NCBI GenBank assembly: GCA_022574205.1
Contig: JACZSL010000003.1
Location: 1 to 53,872 of the forward strand
Direction: 5' to 3'
DNA from: Patescibacteria group bacterium
GTDB lineage: Bacteria > Patescibacteriota > Minisyncoccia > Phycocordibacterales > JACZSL01
DNA: 53,872 nucleotides
Shown in pieces: positions 35,589 through 44,646 of the stretch; position 1 is the stretch's first letter; every line of letters begins with the position of its first letter. A program made the translations under genes and the position numbers. The notes under the pieces are model-generated. The model saw nothing but the letters and a program-made list of their open reading frames with translations, searched no databases and was not told the DNA's origin.

Positions 35589-36626
35589 TTAACGGAGATA
35601 TCTTGTCTTATTGTCCTTATGTTCGTCAAATGTTTCCGCATAATGAACACCCCCTTCTCTGTCATGCAAATAATACAGATAATCACTTTTAGTAGGAGTT
35701 ACAGCTGCAAGTATAGAATCAAGCCCTGGGTTTGCGATAGGACCAACCGGTAGTCCTCGCCTAGTATATGTATTGTATGGTGAATCTATTTTCAAATCGT
35801 CCGTTGAGAGTTTGAACGTGCTCTTGCCGTTTACATACTTAAAGGTAGCATCAACCTGAAGTGCTATACCAAGTTCTAACCTCTCCCACAAAATTCCGGA
35901 AATCAATCTTCTCTCACTTAAACTATCGGCCGACTCCTTCTCAATGAGGGAGGCCATTATAATGACATCCTCTAAAGACTTACCGTGTTTTAGGATTTCT
36001 GTCTCTAGGCTGTCTATTTTTTTTATAAAATTCTTTTCCATGGTCTTCGCCACCTCCTTTGCACGAACGCTTGGAAGGAAAAAATATGTGTCGGGAAATA
36101 AGTACCCCTCTTTATCTTTTGTTATCTCTAAGAACTTTTCTGCATCAAATTTGTTAAACTTTTCTTCATATGAGTCAGCCATCTCCTTCCTAGTTTCTCC
36201 CTCGAAAACGGTAATGCGCACGGGATCAAGTCCGAAATTTCCATTGGTTAGCATGCTTACTACAGCAAAAAGTCCTTCTTTGTCATGGAAATAGTAGTCG
36301 CCAGCTAGCACACCTCGATTTCTATTTTTTAAGACCACGAGTATTTGGAAAACAAACTTAGACCTGATGAATTCGTCCTCTTTCAGCTGAAGTGCCGCCG
36401 ATGCAATACTCTCACCCTCTTCTATCGTGGTAATACTTCTCTCTGGAAATTTATTTGGTGCGCTCGCGACAAAAAAATACATCAACCCTAAAGATAAAAG
36501 AACAATTATAATAAAACACAGAACACGCCTGTCCGCATGTTCTGGAAGGATAGAGTCAACTTTGCTAACATACCAGGATGCTTTGTCCATAAGAATCCCT
36601 TTGTAATATTCAAGTTTTTTATGCAT
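35589..36626 (-). CDS. mltG: Endolytic transglycosylase MltG (YceG family)
   Basis: EGYLFPDTY, MASLIEKE, LQVDAT, SPYNTY...GLPVGPIANPG; start MHKK 1 nt after the upstream stop. Confidence 0.92.
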   Translation of the reverse strand: MHKKLEYYKGILMDKASWYVSKVDSILPEHADRRVLCFIIIVLLSLGLMYFFVASAPNKFPERSITTIEEGESIASAALQLKEDEFIRSKFVFQILVVLKNRNRGVLAGDYYFHDKEGLFAVVSMLTNGNFGLDPVRITVFEGETRKEMADSYEEKFNKFDAEKFLEITKDKEGYLFPDTYFFLPSVRAKEVAKTMEKNFIKKIDSLETEILKHGKSLEDVIIMASLIEKESADSLSERRLISGILWERLELGIALQVDATFKYVNGKSTFKLSTDDLKIDSPYNTYTRRGLPVGPIANPGLDSILAAVTPTKSDYLYYLHDREGGVHYAETFDEHKDNKTRYLR

Positions 36627-36627
36627 T

Positions 36628-37875
36628 TCATTGCGGAATGTTCCTGGGAGCTTCTGCACGACGGCTGGCAATACGTGTTACGCCAGGAGCCTGAGCTGTA
36701 CCTCCGGGAAAGTGGAAAATAGTTGCCAGTTCCTCGGTGTTTAGAACATAAGAAGGTGTCTTGTATGGCGGATAGAACCAAGAACGTCTCCGATACGCAT
36801 CAAGGAGTCTCCTTCTAGTCCGATCTTGCCGTATGTCTTTATAGTCCTGCCACGGGTAATCAAATTTGGCGAGCCAGCGTGTGATGGAAAAGCCATTCAG
36901 TGTGTTTGAATTAAACTGTCTCAAAGAATAAATAAATGCGGGGATTTTTGGACCAACAAATGCATCATTTTTGGCAATGTAAATACCTCGAATACCGCAA
37001 TCAAATCCTAGTTTTGTGATGCTTCGTTCAATGGACTTTATAGTCTCCGCTTGCCCTGGTGTTAACTGCACTAATCCTCCAAACGCATCCCCTGCTTCCA
37101 TAGACGGTTTCACCTCATCTTGAAGTTTTTTAACGAGCTCTTCAGCTTCCTCTCTCCAGTCACGTTTACCAAAGAATGTTCCGGGCTTTTTACGCTCTTT
37201 TCTTGTTTGACGAATAAGAATCTGGTACCACAGCTGTTCACCGGGACCCATTGAACTCAAAAACTCAAGAAGTCCGGAAAGCGGATCAACTTTTTGCTCT
37301 TCTTTAGTGGTTTCTTTATCGAGCCCGTAATCAATATAAGTCTTGATTGGATATGCATCTTGTTTGGTTAACTTAAAGTCACATCCCCACGCGCTCGTTT
37401 TTCCTTTTTCGAAATTTGCGTACAGTGAATAATCCTCTGATTCGACTATTTCCACATCAGGATATTGTGAATAAATAGCCGCTTCAACGACATTTTTAAG
37501 GTTTTTTCTGGTCCATATAAAGAAGTGCACCTTGCCCTCTATTGAAACGAGTTCAAGCGAAAACCACGGACGCATCGTTCCAAGTATTCTTCTTTTTATC
37601 CAAGTTGTTTCTCCGTGTTGCATTTGGAAGCTGGCCAAAACCGCCTCCATTGCAAGTGGTGTCTTTTTGATTTCAGCCGGAAGTCTGATCTCAAGTAATA
37701 CATGTTCTGTATTTTCAATAGTCCTCATTTGAATGTACCTCATCCATAGACGCCCGAGCGCAACAAAGAGGACTATTGGTAGCCACACAGGAGACGCCCA
37801 CTTGAAAATTTGGAAACTAAACAAAAAAGCAGGAGTTTGGAATAAAGCTAGGAATTCTGTTATTAACTCGCTCAT
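36628..37875 (-). CDS. Conserved membrane-anchored hypothetical protein
   Basis: 415 aa, N-terminal TM, LEIRLP...PLAME, YSQYP, LNTEELATIFHFP motifs seen in CPR proteins (recalled). Confidence 0.75.
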   Translation of the reverse strand: MSELITEFLALFQTPAFLFSFQIFKWASPVWLPIVLFVALGRLWMRYIQMRTIENTEHVLLEIRLPAEIKKTPLAMEAVLASFQMQHGETTWIKRRILGTMRPWFSLELVSIEGKVHFFIWTRKNLKNVVEAAIYSQYPDVEIVESEDYSLYANFEKGKTSAWGCDFKLTKQDAYPIKTYIDYGLDKETTKEEQKVDPLSGLLEFLSSMGPGEQLWYQILIRQTRKERKKPGTFFGKRDWREEAEELVKKLQDEVKPSMEAGDAFGGLVQLTPGQAETIKSIERSITKLGFDCGIRGIYIAKNDAFVGPKIPAFIYSLRQFNSNTLNGFSITRWLAKFDYPWQDYKDIRQDRTRRRLLDAYRRRSWFYPPYKTPSYVLNTEELATIFHFPGGTAQAPGVTRIASRRAEAPRNIPQ

Positions 37876-37916
37876 TATGGTCTATGATACTGTAAAAGAA
37901 AGCATGAGACTATACC

Positions 37917-37944
37917 AAAATACCCACATGTATGTGGGTATTTT
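37917..37944. terminator. Bidirectional-type intrinsic terminator
   Basis: aaaatacccaca-tgta-tgtgggtatttt. Confidence 0.75.
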
Positions 37945-37954
37945 AATTTCAAAT

Positions 37955-38983
37955 TTAGGCAAGGCTGTAGGTTCCGTCCTTATGCCGCTTGAATAGCGAG
38001 GAGTCCTGAAGATTAACAACAATCGTGTTGTCCTTTACATAGCGTTCATTCTTGACCTTGTCGATTATCTCATCACGTGTAAGTGGTCCATTTGCCCTCA
38101 CGACGTCTACAATGACATCTTTCACAACACCGCTCGAGTACCCCCACTCCGCAAGTGCGTAGAGCCCACGTCCTACAAGTACAAATCGTGCGTCTTTGAT
38201 GAGTTCGTTGTGGCAAGTTGCAATATGTGCTTTTCGGTTAAAGAGGCTGGAAATAGATTTTGCCACTTCGGAAAAGTGCATAGGTGAACCATGTCGCTTA
38301 ATTGTAAGATACGCATAATCACGCATGCCCTTAGCGCGCACATTTGGTGACGAGCTTCTACCCCATTCACCAAGTGGGTTTTTCCCAATAGTCTTGGACA
38401 ACGCCAACCACCTTCGGATAATTTCGTCATTCTTATATTTTTGGTTTAAATCTTTTACCTCTTTTAGGAATGTATCGATAAGATCGCTTTCCAAAACAAG
38501 CTCGTTATCCTCCAGATTTTTATATAGATTTCTGAGCGATGTGTGTATGCTGTCTGCAAGATCTTTGTCTATGTGCCAATGATGTGTGAATTCATCATTT
38601 TCTCGCTCACGGTTAAACGCGTCGCCAAGAACTAGAAAAAAGTACACATGGTTTTGAGTACCTTTGTCCGACGCAATCTCATTCAAAAGTTCAGCTTCCG
38701 GGACAATGCCACCGAGAGAATCAACGACGCTTTCAAGATCGTCGAAAGTAACCTGCTCTTTTTTGAATGTGTCAGATTTACGAATAGTGCCGAGTGCGTA
38801 GTTTTCAATCTGTCGAACACGCTCTCTCGTTATGTCGTACTTTTGTCCAATGATCTCAAGTGTCAGTTTTTTGGCATCTTTACCAAGACCGAAACGGCCA
38901 ACTAGAATAGCTCTTGCACGCGTAGGAAGTTCTGACAGGAGTCTTTTAGTTACTTGTTTTGGCTTAAATGTAATTTTCGTCAT
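37955..38983 (-). CDS. Sigma70 region 4-like HTH + C-terminal winged-HTH (RNAP delta/HARE-HTH-like) protein
   Basis: GRFGL...TLEIIGQKYDITRERVRQIE; GSPMHFSEVA...HNELIKDARFVLVGRGLYAL; no sigma region 2 seen. Confidence 0.75.
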   Translation of the reverse strand: MTKITFKPKQVTKRLLSELPTRARAILVGRFGLGKDAKKLTLEIIGQKYDITRERVRQIENYALGTIRKSDTFKKEQVTFDDLESVVDSLGGIVPEAELLNEIASDKGTQNHVYFFLVLGDAFNRERENDEFTHHWHIDKDLADSIHTSLRNLYKNLEDNELVLESDLIDTFLKEVKDLNQKYKNDEIIRRWLALSKTIGKNPLGEWGRSSSPNVRAKGMRDYAYLTIKRHGSPMHFSEVAKSISSLFNRKAHIATCHNELIKDARFVLVGRGLYALAEWGYSSGVVKDVIVDVVRANGPLTRDEIIDKVKNERYVKDNTIVVNLQDSSLFKRHKDGTYSLA

Positions 38984-39071
38984 ATGTCCATACCCACTAG
39001 TCAAAAGCTAGTTTTAATATTGTAATTTCTATCATATTAAAACTTGTACGTCAAGCACGTTCCTTATCTCC

Positions 39072-41909
39072 TCAAATGACTATGTTTATAAGCTTTTTTG
39101 GAACATAGATTAATCTTTTTGGTTTCTTGCTATTAGTCCACTTCAAAATATTTGGAATGAGGAGCGCCTTCTCGAGCGCCTGCTCCTTGGTCAACCCACC
39201 CTCACCCTCAAACTCTCCCCTAAGTTTTCCATTAACCTGAACAGCCACAGTGTATGTATTCTCATTTATTTTACTCGCGTCATAACTGGGCCACGGTGCT
39301 TTATGAATCGACTCTCCTTCTCCGATATTTTCCCAGAGTTCTTCTGTAATGTGGGGGGCAAACGGAGCGAGTAATTGAAGAAATGTTCTGTATGCGCCCC
39401 TCGACACGCGCCCCTCTTTTTCGATTTCATTTATAAAGATCATAAGAGAAGAAACTGCGGTATTGAATTTCATCGCTTCAACATCTTCGCTAACTTTTTT
39501 TATAGTCTTATGTAATAGAGCGTCTATGGACTCCACGTCTCTCTTGTCGTCGACAATATCCATTACCCTCCACACTCGATCGAGAAACCTTCGTGAGCCA
39601 ACCATGTTGTCAGTGCTCCAGCTGATCGCCTGCTCAAATGGTCCCATAAACATTTCGTAGACACGTAGTGTGTCTGCACCGACGTTGTCTATGACTTCGT
39701 CTGGATTTACTACATTCCCCTTTGATTTGCTCATTTTTCCCCCTCCTTCGGCGAGAATTAGTCCATGTGATGTTCGTTTTTTGTATGGCTCGCTGGAGGA
39801 TACCAACTTCTGATCATATAAAAACTTGTGCCAAAAGCGGGAATAAAGCAGGTGGAGTGTTGTGTGCTCCATCCCGCCGTTGTACCAATCAACCGGCATC
39901 CATTCTTTTAGCAACTTCTTATTTGCAAACTCCTTAGCGTTTGTTGGATCAGCATATCGAAGGAAGTACCAACTCGAGCCGGCCCAGTTTGGCATGGTGT
40001 CTGTCTCGCGACGAGCGCGCCCTCCACACTTCGGACATTTAACATTAACGAAGTCCGAAATGTTTGCTAAGGGTGACTCGCCGCTGTCAGTCGGCTCGTA
40101 TTTTTCAACTTCTGGAAGTTCGACTGGAAGTTGGTCTTCCGGCACAGGTACCCAACCGTCGACTTTGCAGTGGATCATTGGTATCGGCTCACCCCAATAC
40201 CTCTGGCGCGAGAAGACCCAATCACGAAGTTTGTAGGTTGTAACCATCTTCCCGCCAACCTTTTTTATGATCTTTTCCTTAGCCCCCTCTGACTCCATTC
40301 CATCAAATTTGCCAGAGTTCATTAAAAAACCAGTCCCGATTAGCGCTTCCTCATTTTGCAAAATGTGCCAAACTTGCCTCTGGTGATATGGGGTTAGTCT
40401 GTTCAAAATCTCTTTTTTATCTACCCACGTTAGTGTATGAAGAGACTGTTCATGCTCGTTAATCTTACCTTGGGAGATTAGATCGTCGACTTCTGCCATA
40501 AATGCGTGGACAATAGCACAGCGATTCTGTTTTTTGTGGGATGCACAATATTTGGCGGCTGTAATCCAACGTGATCTGCTAACAATTTTGGCATTTGGAA
40601 TAGCTGCCTCCTCCTCTATTTCGGTAAGTGCAGCTTCTTCGGGTGTTTGTCTTTTTTCAATTCCTCCCATAATTGCGGTGGTAATACCTTCTAATGATCC
40701 GTGCCAGTCAAGTAATGCAAATTTACCAGTTGATTTATTACGCAAGTGCACAATAATCATGTCGCGTGACACCTCGTCAAATCTTTCCTGAGGTGGATTT
40801 GTGACATCCTCTGCACATGTAACTAAAACTTGGCGTATTTCAAGATTGTACTTTTTTGCAAAAGCAAAGTCGCGCTCATCGTGAGCGGGGACGGCCATAA
40901 TCGCTCCCGTTCCATAGTGGGCCATTACATAGTCCGCAATGTAAATAGGAATCTCTTCATTGTTTGCCGGATTAATAGCTTTCACTCCCTTAAGTTCCAC
41001 CCCCGTCTTTCCTTTAGTGTCGTCAGTCCTTTCGATCTCACTCCTCTTCGCCGATACTTCGATATATCGCAGTACTTCGTCGAGGTTTGTAATTGAGTCT
41101 TTAAGTTCTTTAACTAAGGAGTGCTCCGGTGCAAGAACCATGTAGGTTGCTCCAAACAAAGTGTCGGGACGAGTTGTGAATGTTTTAATTTCTTTGTCAC
41201 TACCCTTTATTTTAAAAGTTATCTCCGCCCCCTCACTTTTACCAATCCAGTTGCGCTGTCCTACTTTTATAGCTTCTGTATAGTCGAGCTCCTCCAGATC
41301 ATCATGGAGGCGGTCAGCGTACTTTGTGATCGAAAGCATCCACTGTTCCTTTTCTCGCATATCTATCTCGCCACCACAGCGCTCGCATTTACCGTCAATA
41401 ACCTCTTCATTTGCTAGGCCAATCTTACACGTTAAGCACCAGTTTATAGACATCTTAGCCTTATATGCCAAACCTTTTTTATAGAGCTGTAAAAAAATCC
41501 ACTGTGTCCATTTGTAATAAGTTGGATCAGTGGTATTAATCTCGCGCGACCAATCAAAAGAGATGCCGATAGATTTTATCTGCGCCCTGAATTTGTCTGT
41601 ATTGTTTTTTGTTACATCCTTCGGATGCGTGCCGGTTTTTATCGCATAGTTTTCTGTTGGCAGTCCAAAAGCATCCCACCCAATCGGGAATAGTACATTT
41701 TTACCCTCTGCGCGTCGTTTGCGCGCAACGATATCCATCGCCGTATATGGCCTGGCGTGACCGACGTGTAAACCGTCACCAGAAGGATACGGAAATTCTA
41801 CAAGAATATATTCTTTGTCGCTCTTTTTGTCGTCCGCTTTATATAACTCTTTCTTTTCCCAAACATCCTGCCACTTTCTTTCTATGCGCTTGTGGTCATA
41901 CTTTTTCAT
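39072..41909 (-). CDS. leuS: Leucine--tRNA ligase with an inserted Nudix-like domain
   Basis: HVGH, editing-domain TTRPDT and GTGAIMAVPAHD, KMSKS; ATG overlaps the upstream TGA. Confidence 0.97.
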   Translation of the reverse strand: MKKYDHKRIERKWQDVWEKKELYKADDKKSDKEYILVEFPYPSGDGLHVGHARPYTAMDIVARKRRAEGKNVLFPIGWDAFGLPTENYAIKTGTHPKDVTKNNTDKFRAQIKSIGISFDWSREINTTDPTYYKWTQWIFLQLYKKGLAYKAKMSINWCLTCKIGLANEEVIDGKCERCGGEIDMREKEQWMLSITKYADRLHDDLEELDYTEAIKVGQRNWIGKSEGAEITFKIKGSDKEIKTFTTRPDTLFGATYMVLAPEHSLVKELKDSITNLDEVLRYIEVSAKRSEIERTDDTKGKTGVELKGVKAINPANNEEIPIYIADYVMAHYGTGAIMAVPAHDERDFAFAKKYNLEIRQVLVTCAEDVTNPPQERFDEVSRDMIIVHLRNKSTGKFALLDWHGSLEGITTAIMGGIEKRQTPEEAALTEIEEEAAIPNAKIVSRSRWITAAKYCASHKKQNRCAIVHAFMAEVDDLISQGKINEHEQSLHTLTWVDKKEILNRLTPYHQRQVWHILQNEEALIGTGFLMNSGKFDGMESEGAKEKIIKKVGGKMVTTYKLRDWVFSRQRYWGEPIPMIHCKVDGWVPVPEDQLPVELPEVEKYEPTDSGESPLANISDFVNVKCPKCGGRARRETDTMPNWAGSSWYFLRYADPTNAKEFANKKLLKEWMPVDWYNGGMEHTTLHLLYSRFWHKFLYDQKLVSSSEPYKKRTSHGLILAEGGGKMSKSKGNVVNPDEVIDNVGADTLRVYEMFMGPFEQAISWSTDNMVGSRRFLDRVWRVMDIVDDKRDVESIDALLHKTIKKVSEDVEAMKFNTAVSSLMIFINEIEKEGRVSRGAYRTFLQLLAPFAPHITEELWENIGEGESIHKAPWPSYDASKINENTYTVAVQVNGKLRGEFEGEGGLTKEQALEKALLIPNILKWTNSKKPKRLIYVPKKLINIVI
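40350..40820 (-). other. Nudix-like domain inserted in LeuRS (boundaries approximate)
   Basis: GGIEKRQTPEEAALTEIEEEAAI aligns to GX5EX7REUXEEXGU. Confidence 0.75.
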
Positions 41910-42853
41910 CACCTGATTCGACTTGGTATCTCTTTACGTGGTGGAAATCGATCAGGGTCAATAGTTCTTTCAAAACATGTTTCACCTTCGGAGTGCGCCC
42001 AGCTGGTCCCTTCCGTACTGAACTGTGGATATCGTAAGCTTTCACTCTTACCACTACTTTCAAGATTAAACTCTGCGCATAGTGCAAACGATCGCGCGCC
42101 AGTGACACGATAAGTGTAAGCCTCTCTGGTCTCAGGGTCATTTGGCGCAACGTATCCGGTAATGGAATCTTCAAGGTCGGTTAAAGTTTTTGGTAAGACT
42201 TCTTTGCTTTGCCAGTGATCCACAATCTGCCATTGTATGTTTTGAAGGTCAGACACTCTTTCTCTATCGATTCGAAGCTCGCGTTGGCTCGCTGGGGAGC
42301 CTGTGATGAAGAAGCCGCCCACTATAGAAATAAATACCACTAGAGCAACGGCAATACTCACGCTACGTGCAGCTTTTGGGTTACCGGCCCAGCGACCCTT
42401 AAGGTCATAAAAGTAATAACTAAAACCTCCCCCTATAACAACAAAGATTGAGAGTACTTTAAGAATAAATCGTGTCGTTAAATCTCCACCAAGAAATGTA
42501 TTAACGAGCACTATAAGGTCTATTGCAACGGTTGCCCCTCCAATAAAAAGTGTCAAATATATAAGCCATCGTCTTATGCCAAGATCGCTTTTGCGCGAAT
42601 CTCTCCTTATCTCCCTGTTTACATAGCGTGATAGATAAATGAAGAGTGGAAAAACTATGATGAGAGCCGCCATCGATGAGCGGATAGCACCAGAAAAGGG
42701 ATCAACGAAACTATTTAAAGTGCTTGGAAATAGAAGGTTGATATATTGAAACCACAGCACAAGGAGACTAACTGCACTTATGTACAGCGTTATCATTACA
42801 CCCACATAAAGGAAGAAGTCCTTTGGGGTCATTTTCACTTTTGTTTCTACCAT
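41909..42853 (-). CDS. Multi-TM protein (DUF5671-like) with a pilin-like C-terminal domain
   Basis: PKDFFLY...WLIYLTLF TM block; DRERVSDLQNI...LP...DPET...YTY...LCAEF tail. Confidence 0.7.
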   Translation of the reverse strand: MVETKVKMTPKDFFLYVGVMITLYISAVSLLVLWFQYINLLFPSTLNSFVDPFSGAIRSSMAALIIVFPLFIYLSRYVNREIRRDSRKSDLGIRRWLIYLTLFIGGATVAIDLIVLVNTFLGGDLTTRFILKVLSIFVVIGGGFSYYFYDLKGRWAGNPKAARSVSIAVALVVFISIVGGFFITGSPASQRELRIDRERVSDLQNIQWQIVDHWQSKEVLPKTLTDLEDSITGYVAPNDPETREAYTYRVTGARSFALCAEFNLESSGKSESLRYPQFSTEGTSWAHSEGETCFERTIDPDRFPPRKEIPSRIR

Positions 42854-42917
42854 AGTTTAAAGTTATTAAGGGTTATTTCAAAATCATACAACAAAAAAGA
42901 GGTACAGCCAATAGAGA

Positions 42918-42938
42918 TTAAATCTTAAATTCAACAAC
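42918..42938 (-). repeat. Displaced duplicate of the ychF 3' end
   Basis: GTT GTT GAA TTT AAG ATT TAA (VVEFKI*) versus the gene's GTC ATC GAG TTT AAA ATC TAA (VIEFKI*). Confidence 0.7.
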
Positions 42939-42959
42939 CCCGAACCAAAGCGGAGCTTG
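42938..42959. repeat. REP-like palindrome copy 1 (truncated)
   Basis: ccccgaaccaaagcggagcttg is the reverse complement of part of 44244-44273. Confidence 0.75.
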
Positions 42960-43000
42960 TGTCCAAGATGTCCGAGGTCGAACCTCGGACATCTTGGACA
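42960..43000. repeat. Perfect 19-bp hairpin
   Basis: tgtccaagatgtccgaggt-cga-acctcggacatcttggaca. Confidence 0.9.
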
Positions 43001-43068
43001 ATTTGGCTATATTTTTTGGCTATATCCTAAATTCAATTACGACGAGATACTGCGATATATCGAAGTCA

Positions 43069-43115
43069 CGGCGAACCTGAACCAAGGCGGAGCTTGGTAC
43101 GGGCAGGCGTCGCCG
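43069..43115. repeat. REP-like palindrome copy 2 inside a hairpin abutting the ychF stop
   Basis: cggcga..cctg-aaccaaggcggagcttggtacggg-cagg..tcgccg. Confidence 0.75.
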
Positions 43116-44219
43116 TTAGATTTTAAACTCGATGACGTCGCCGTCTTGTACTATGTAGTCTTTTCCCACTGTTTTTATGAGTCCCTTTTCGCGCGCAGCG
43201 GCGTACGAACCGACCTCTAATAAAGTGTTCCAAGGTATCACATCAGCGCGGATAAATTTATCTTTAAAGTCAGTGTGTATGGCGGCTCCAGCAACAGGCG
43301 CGATAGATCCATTTTTTATTGTCCAACCACGCGTTTCATCTTCTCCCGTTGTGAAAAAAGTTATGAGATCTAGCATCCCATATCCTTTTTTTATAAGGTC
43401 ATCAATGCCACCATCAATAGCTCCGAGTTCTCGCCTTAGTTCTTCTTTGTCACCGATCGCCACATCATTTAGCTCGCCCTCAATACTTGCATCTATATAT
43501 ACATACTCCATGTTCTCTTTTTCAAAGTATTCCATGCAATTAATGAATCTTTCTGAATTTTCTTCGTCTATATTGTGTCCACCACTTTTTTTATTTAGCA
43601 CGTAGAGCATCGGTTTTGCTGTCAGTAGGTGAAGCCCTTTAATAGTCTCACGCTCTTTCTCGTTAAGTATAAGAGTTGAAACAAGTTTTCCGCCCTCTAG
43701 GTGCTGTAGTAATCTTTGTAAAAGATCGTTTTCTTTGATTTTAATAGAGTCTTTATTTCCTTTCTTTATTTCCTTTTCCGTTGAAGCGATTCTCTTCTGA
43801 AGTGTCTGCACATCTGCCATAATGAGTTCTATATTGATAACCTGTATGTCGTCTACAGGACAAACTTCACCGTGTACGTGGGCAATATCTGTATCGTCAA
43901 AAAAGCGAACGACGTGAGCGATGACGTCAACTTCTCGAATGTTTGAAAGAAATTGATTGCCAAGCCCTTCTCCTTCGCTCGCCCCCTTAACGAGGCCTGC
44001 AATGTCTACAAACTCAACCACAGCCGGAAGAGTTTTTTTAGAGTGCGAAAAATCCGACAATTTTTGTATGCGGTCGTCAGGAACAGGAACAACACCAACG
44101 GACGGATCGATGGTACAAAAAGGATAATTCTCGGTCGGGACCGATTTTTTTGTTAGTGCATTAAAAAGCGTCGACTTGCCGACGTTCGGTAATCCTACAA
44201 TTCCTATGCTAAGTGACAT
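43116..44219 (-). CDS. ychF: Redox-regulated ATPase YchF
   Basis: GIVGLPNVGKST, NYPFCTIDP, DIAGLVKGAS, FFTTGEDETRGW; start MSLSIG. Confidence 0.97.
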   Translation of the reverse strand: MSLSIGIVGLPNVGKSTLFNALTKKSVPTENYPFCTIDPSVGVVPVPDDRIQKLSDFSHSKKTLPAVVEFVDIAGLVKGASEGEGLGNQFLSNIREVDVIAHVVRFFDDTDIAHVHGEVCPVDDIQVINIELIMADVQTLQKRIASTEKEIKKGNKDSIKIKENDLLQRLLQHLEGGKLVSTLILNEKERETIKGLHLLTAKPMLYVLNKKSGGHNIDEENSERFINCMEYFEKENMEYVYIDASIEGELNDVAIGDKEELRRELGAIDGGIDDLIKKGYGMLDLITFFTTGEDETRGWTIKNGSIAPVAGAAIHTDFKDKFIRADVIPWNTLLEVGSYAAAREKGLIKTVGKDYIVQDGDVIEFKI

Positions 44220-44230
44220 ATTATTATTTA

Positions 44231-44282
44231 TTACCAACACCTGCCCCGTACCAAGCTCCGCTTTGGTTCGGGGTTTGGTAAG
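44231..44282. repeat. REP-like palindrome copy 3 upstream of ychF
   Basis: Core ccccgtaccaagctccgctttggttcgggg (44244-44273) nested in ttaccaa/ttggtaa. Confidence 0.8.
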
Positions 44283-44311
44283 CCAACTATGCCGATAGAA
44301 AGTGATATTTG

Positions 44312-44533
44312 TTACATCAATCCCTTTAACTCGCTTTGATACTTGCTCATAACTTCCACAGTGGCAGCCATTTGGTCTTTTCCGCTCTTTTGGAGTGCTT
44401 TAATTTCAGTAGCGATCTTTTGGAAAAGTGCTGGATTTTTCTCTACCATATCGAAAAGCTTGTCCTGATCTGCCTCAGGAATTCCTTGAAGTTTCTTGCC
44501 AAGCATTTTCTTCATCAACACTCGTTTAAACAT
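44312..44533 (-). CDS. Small conserved hypothetical protein, 73 aa
   Basis: MFKRVLMKKML...VEKNPALFQKIA...KDQMAA; TACCAT 7 nt before the ATG. Confidence 0.75.
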   Translation of the reverse strand: MFKRVLMKKMLGKKLQGIPEADQDKLFDMVEKNPALFQKIATEIKALQKSGKDQMAATVEVMSKYQSELKGLM

Positions 44534-44602
44534 GCACACAATGGTATCCTGTTCAGGTTGATGAAGCAACTATAAAATCTGGCCAAGGCCACTAGGCTTA
44601 AT

Positions 44603-44631
44603 TTGACTTATCGTAATTTTAGTACTATAAT
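44603..44631 (+). promoter_or_regulatory. Sigma70 promoter of the RND operon
   Basis: TTGACT, 17 nt, TATAAT. Confidence 0.75.
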
Positions 44632-44646
44632 CCACGAACTTAAAGT

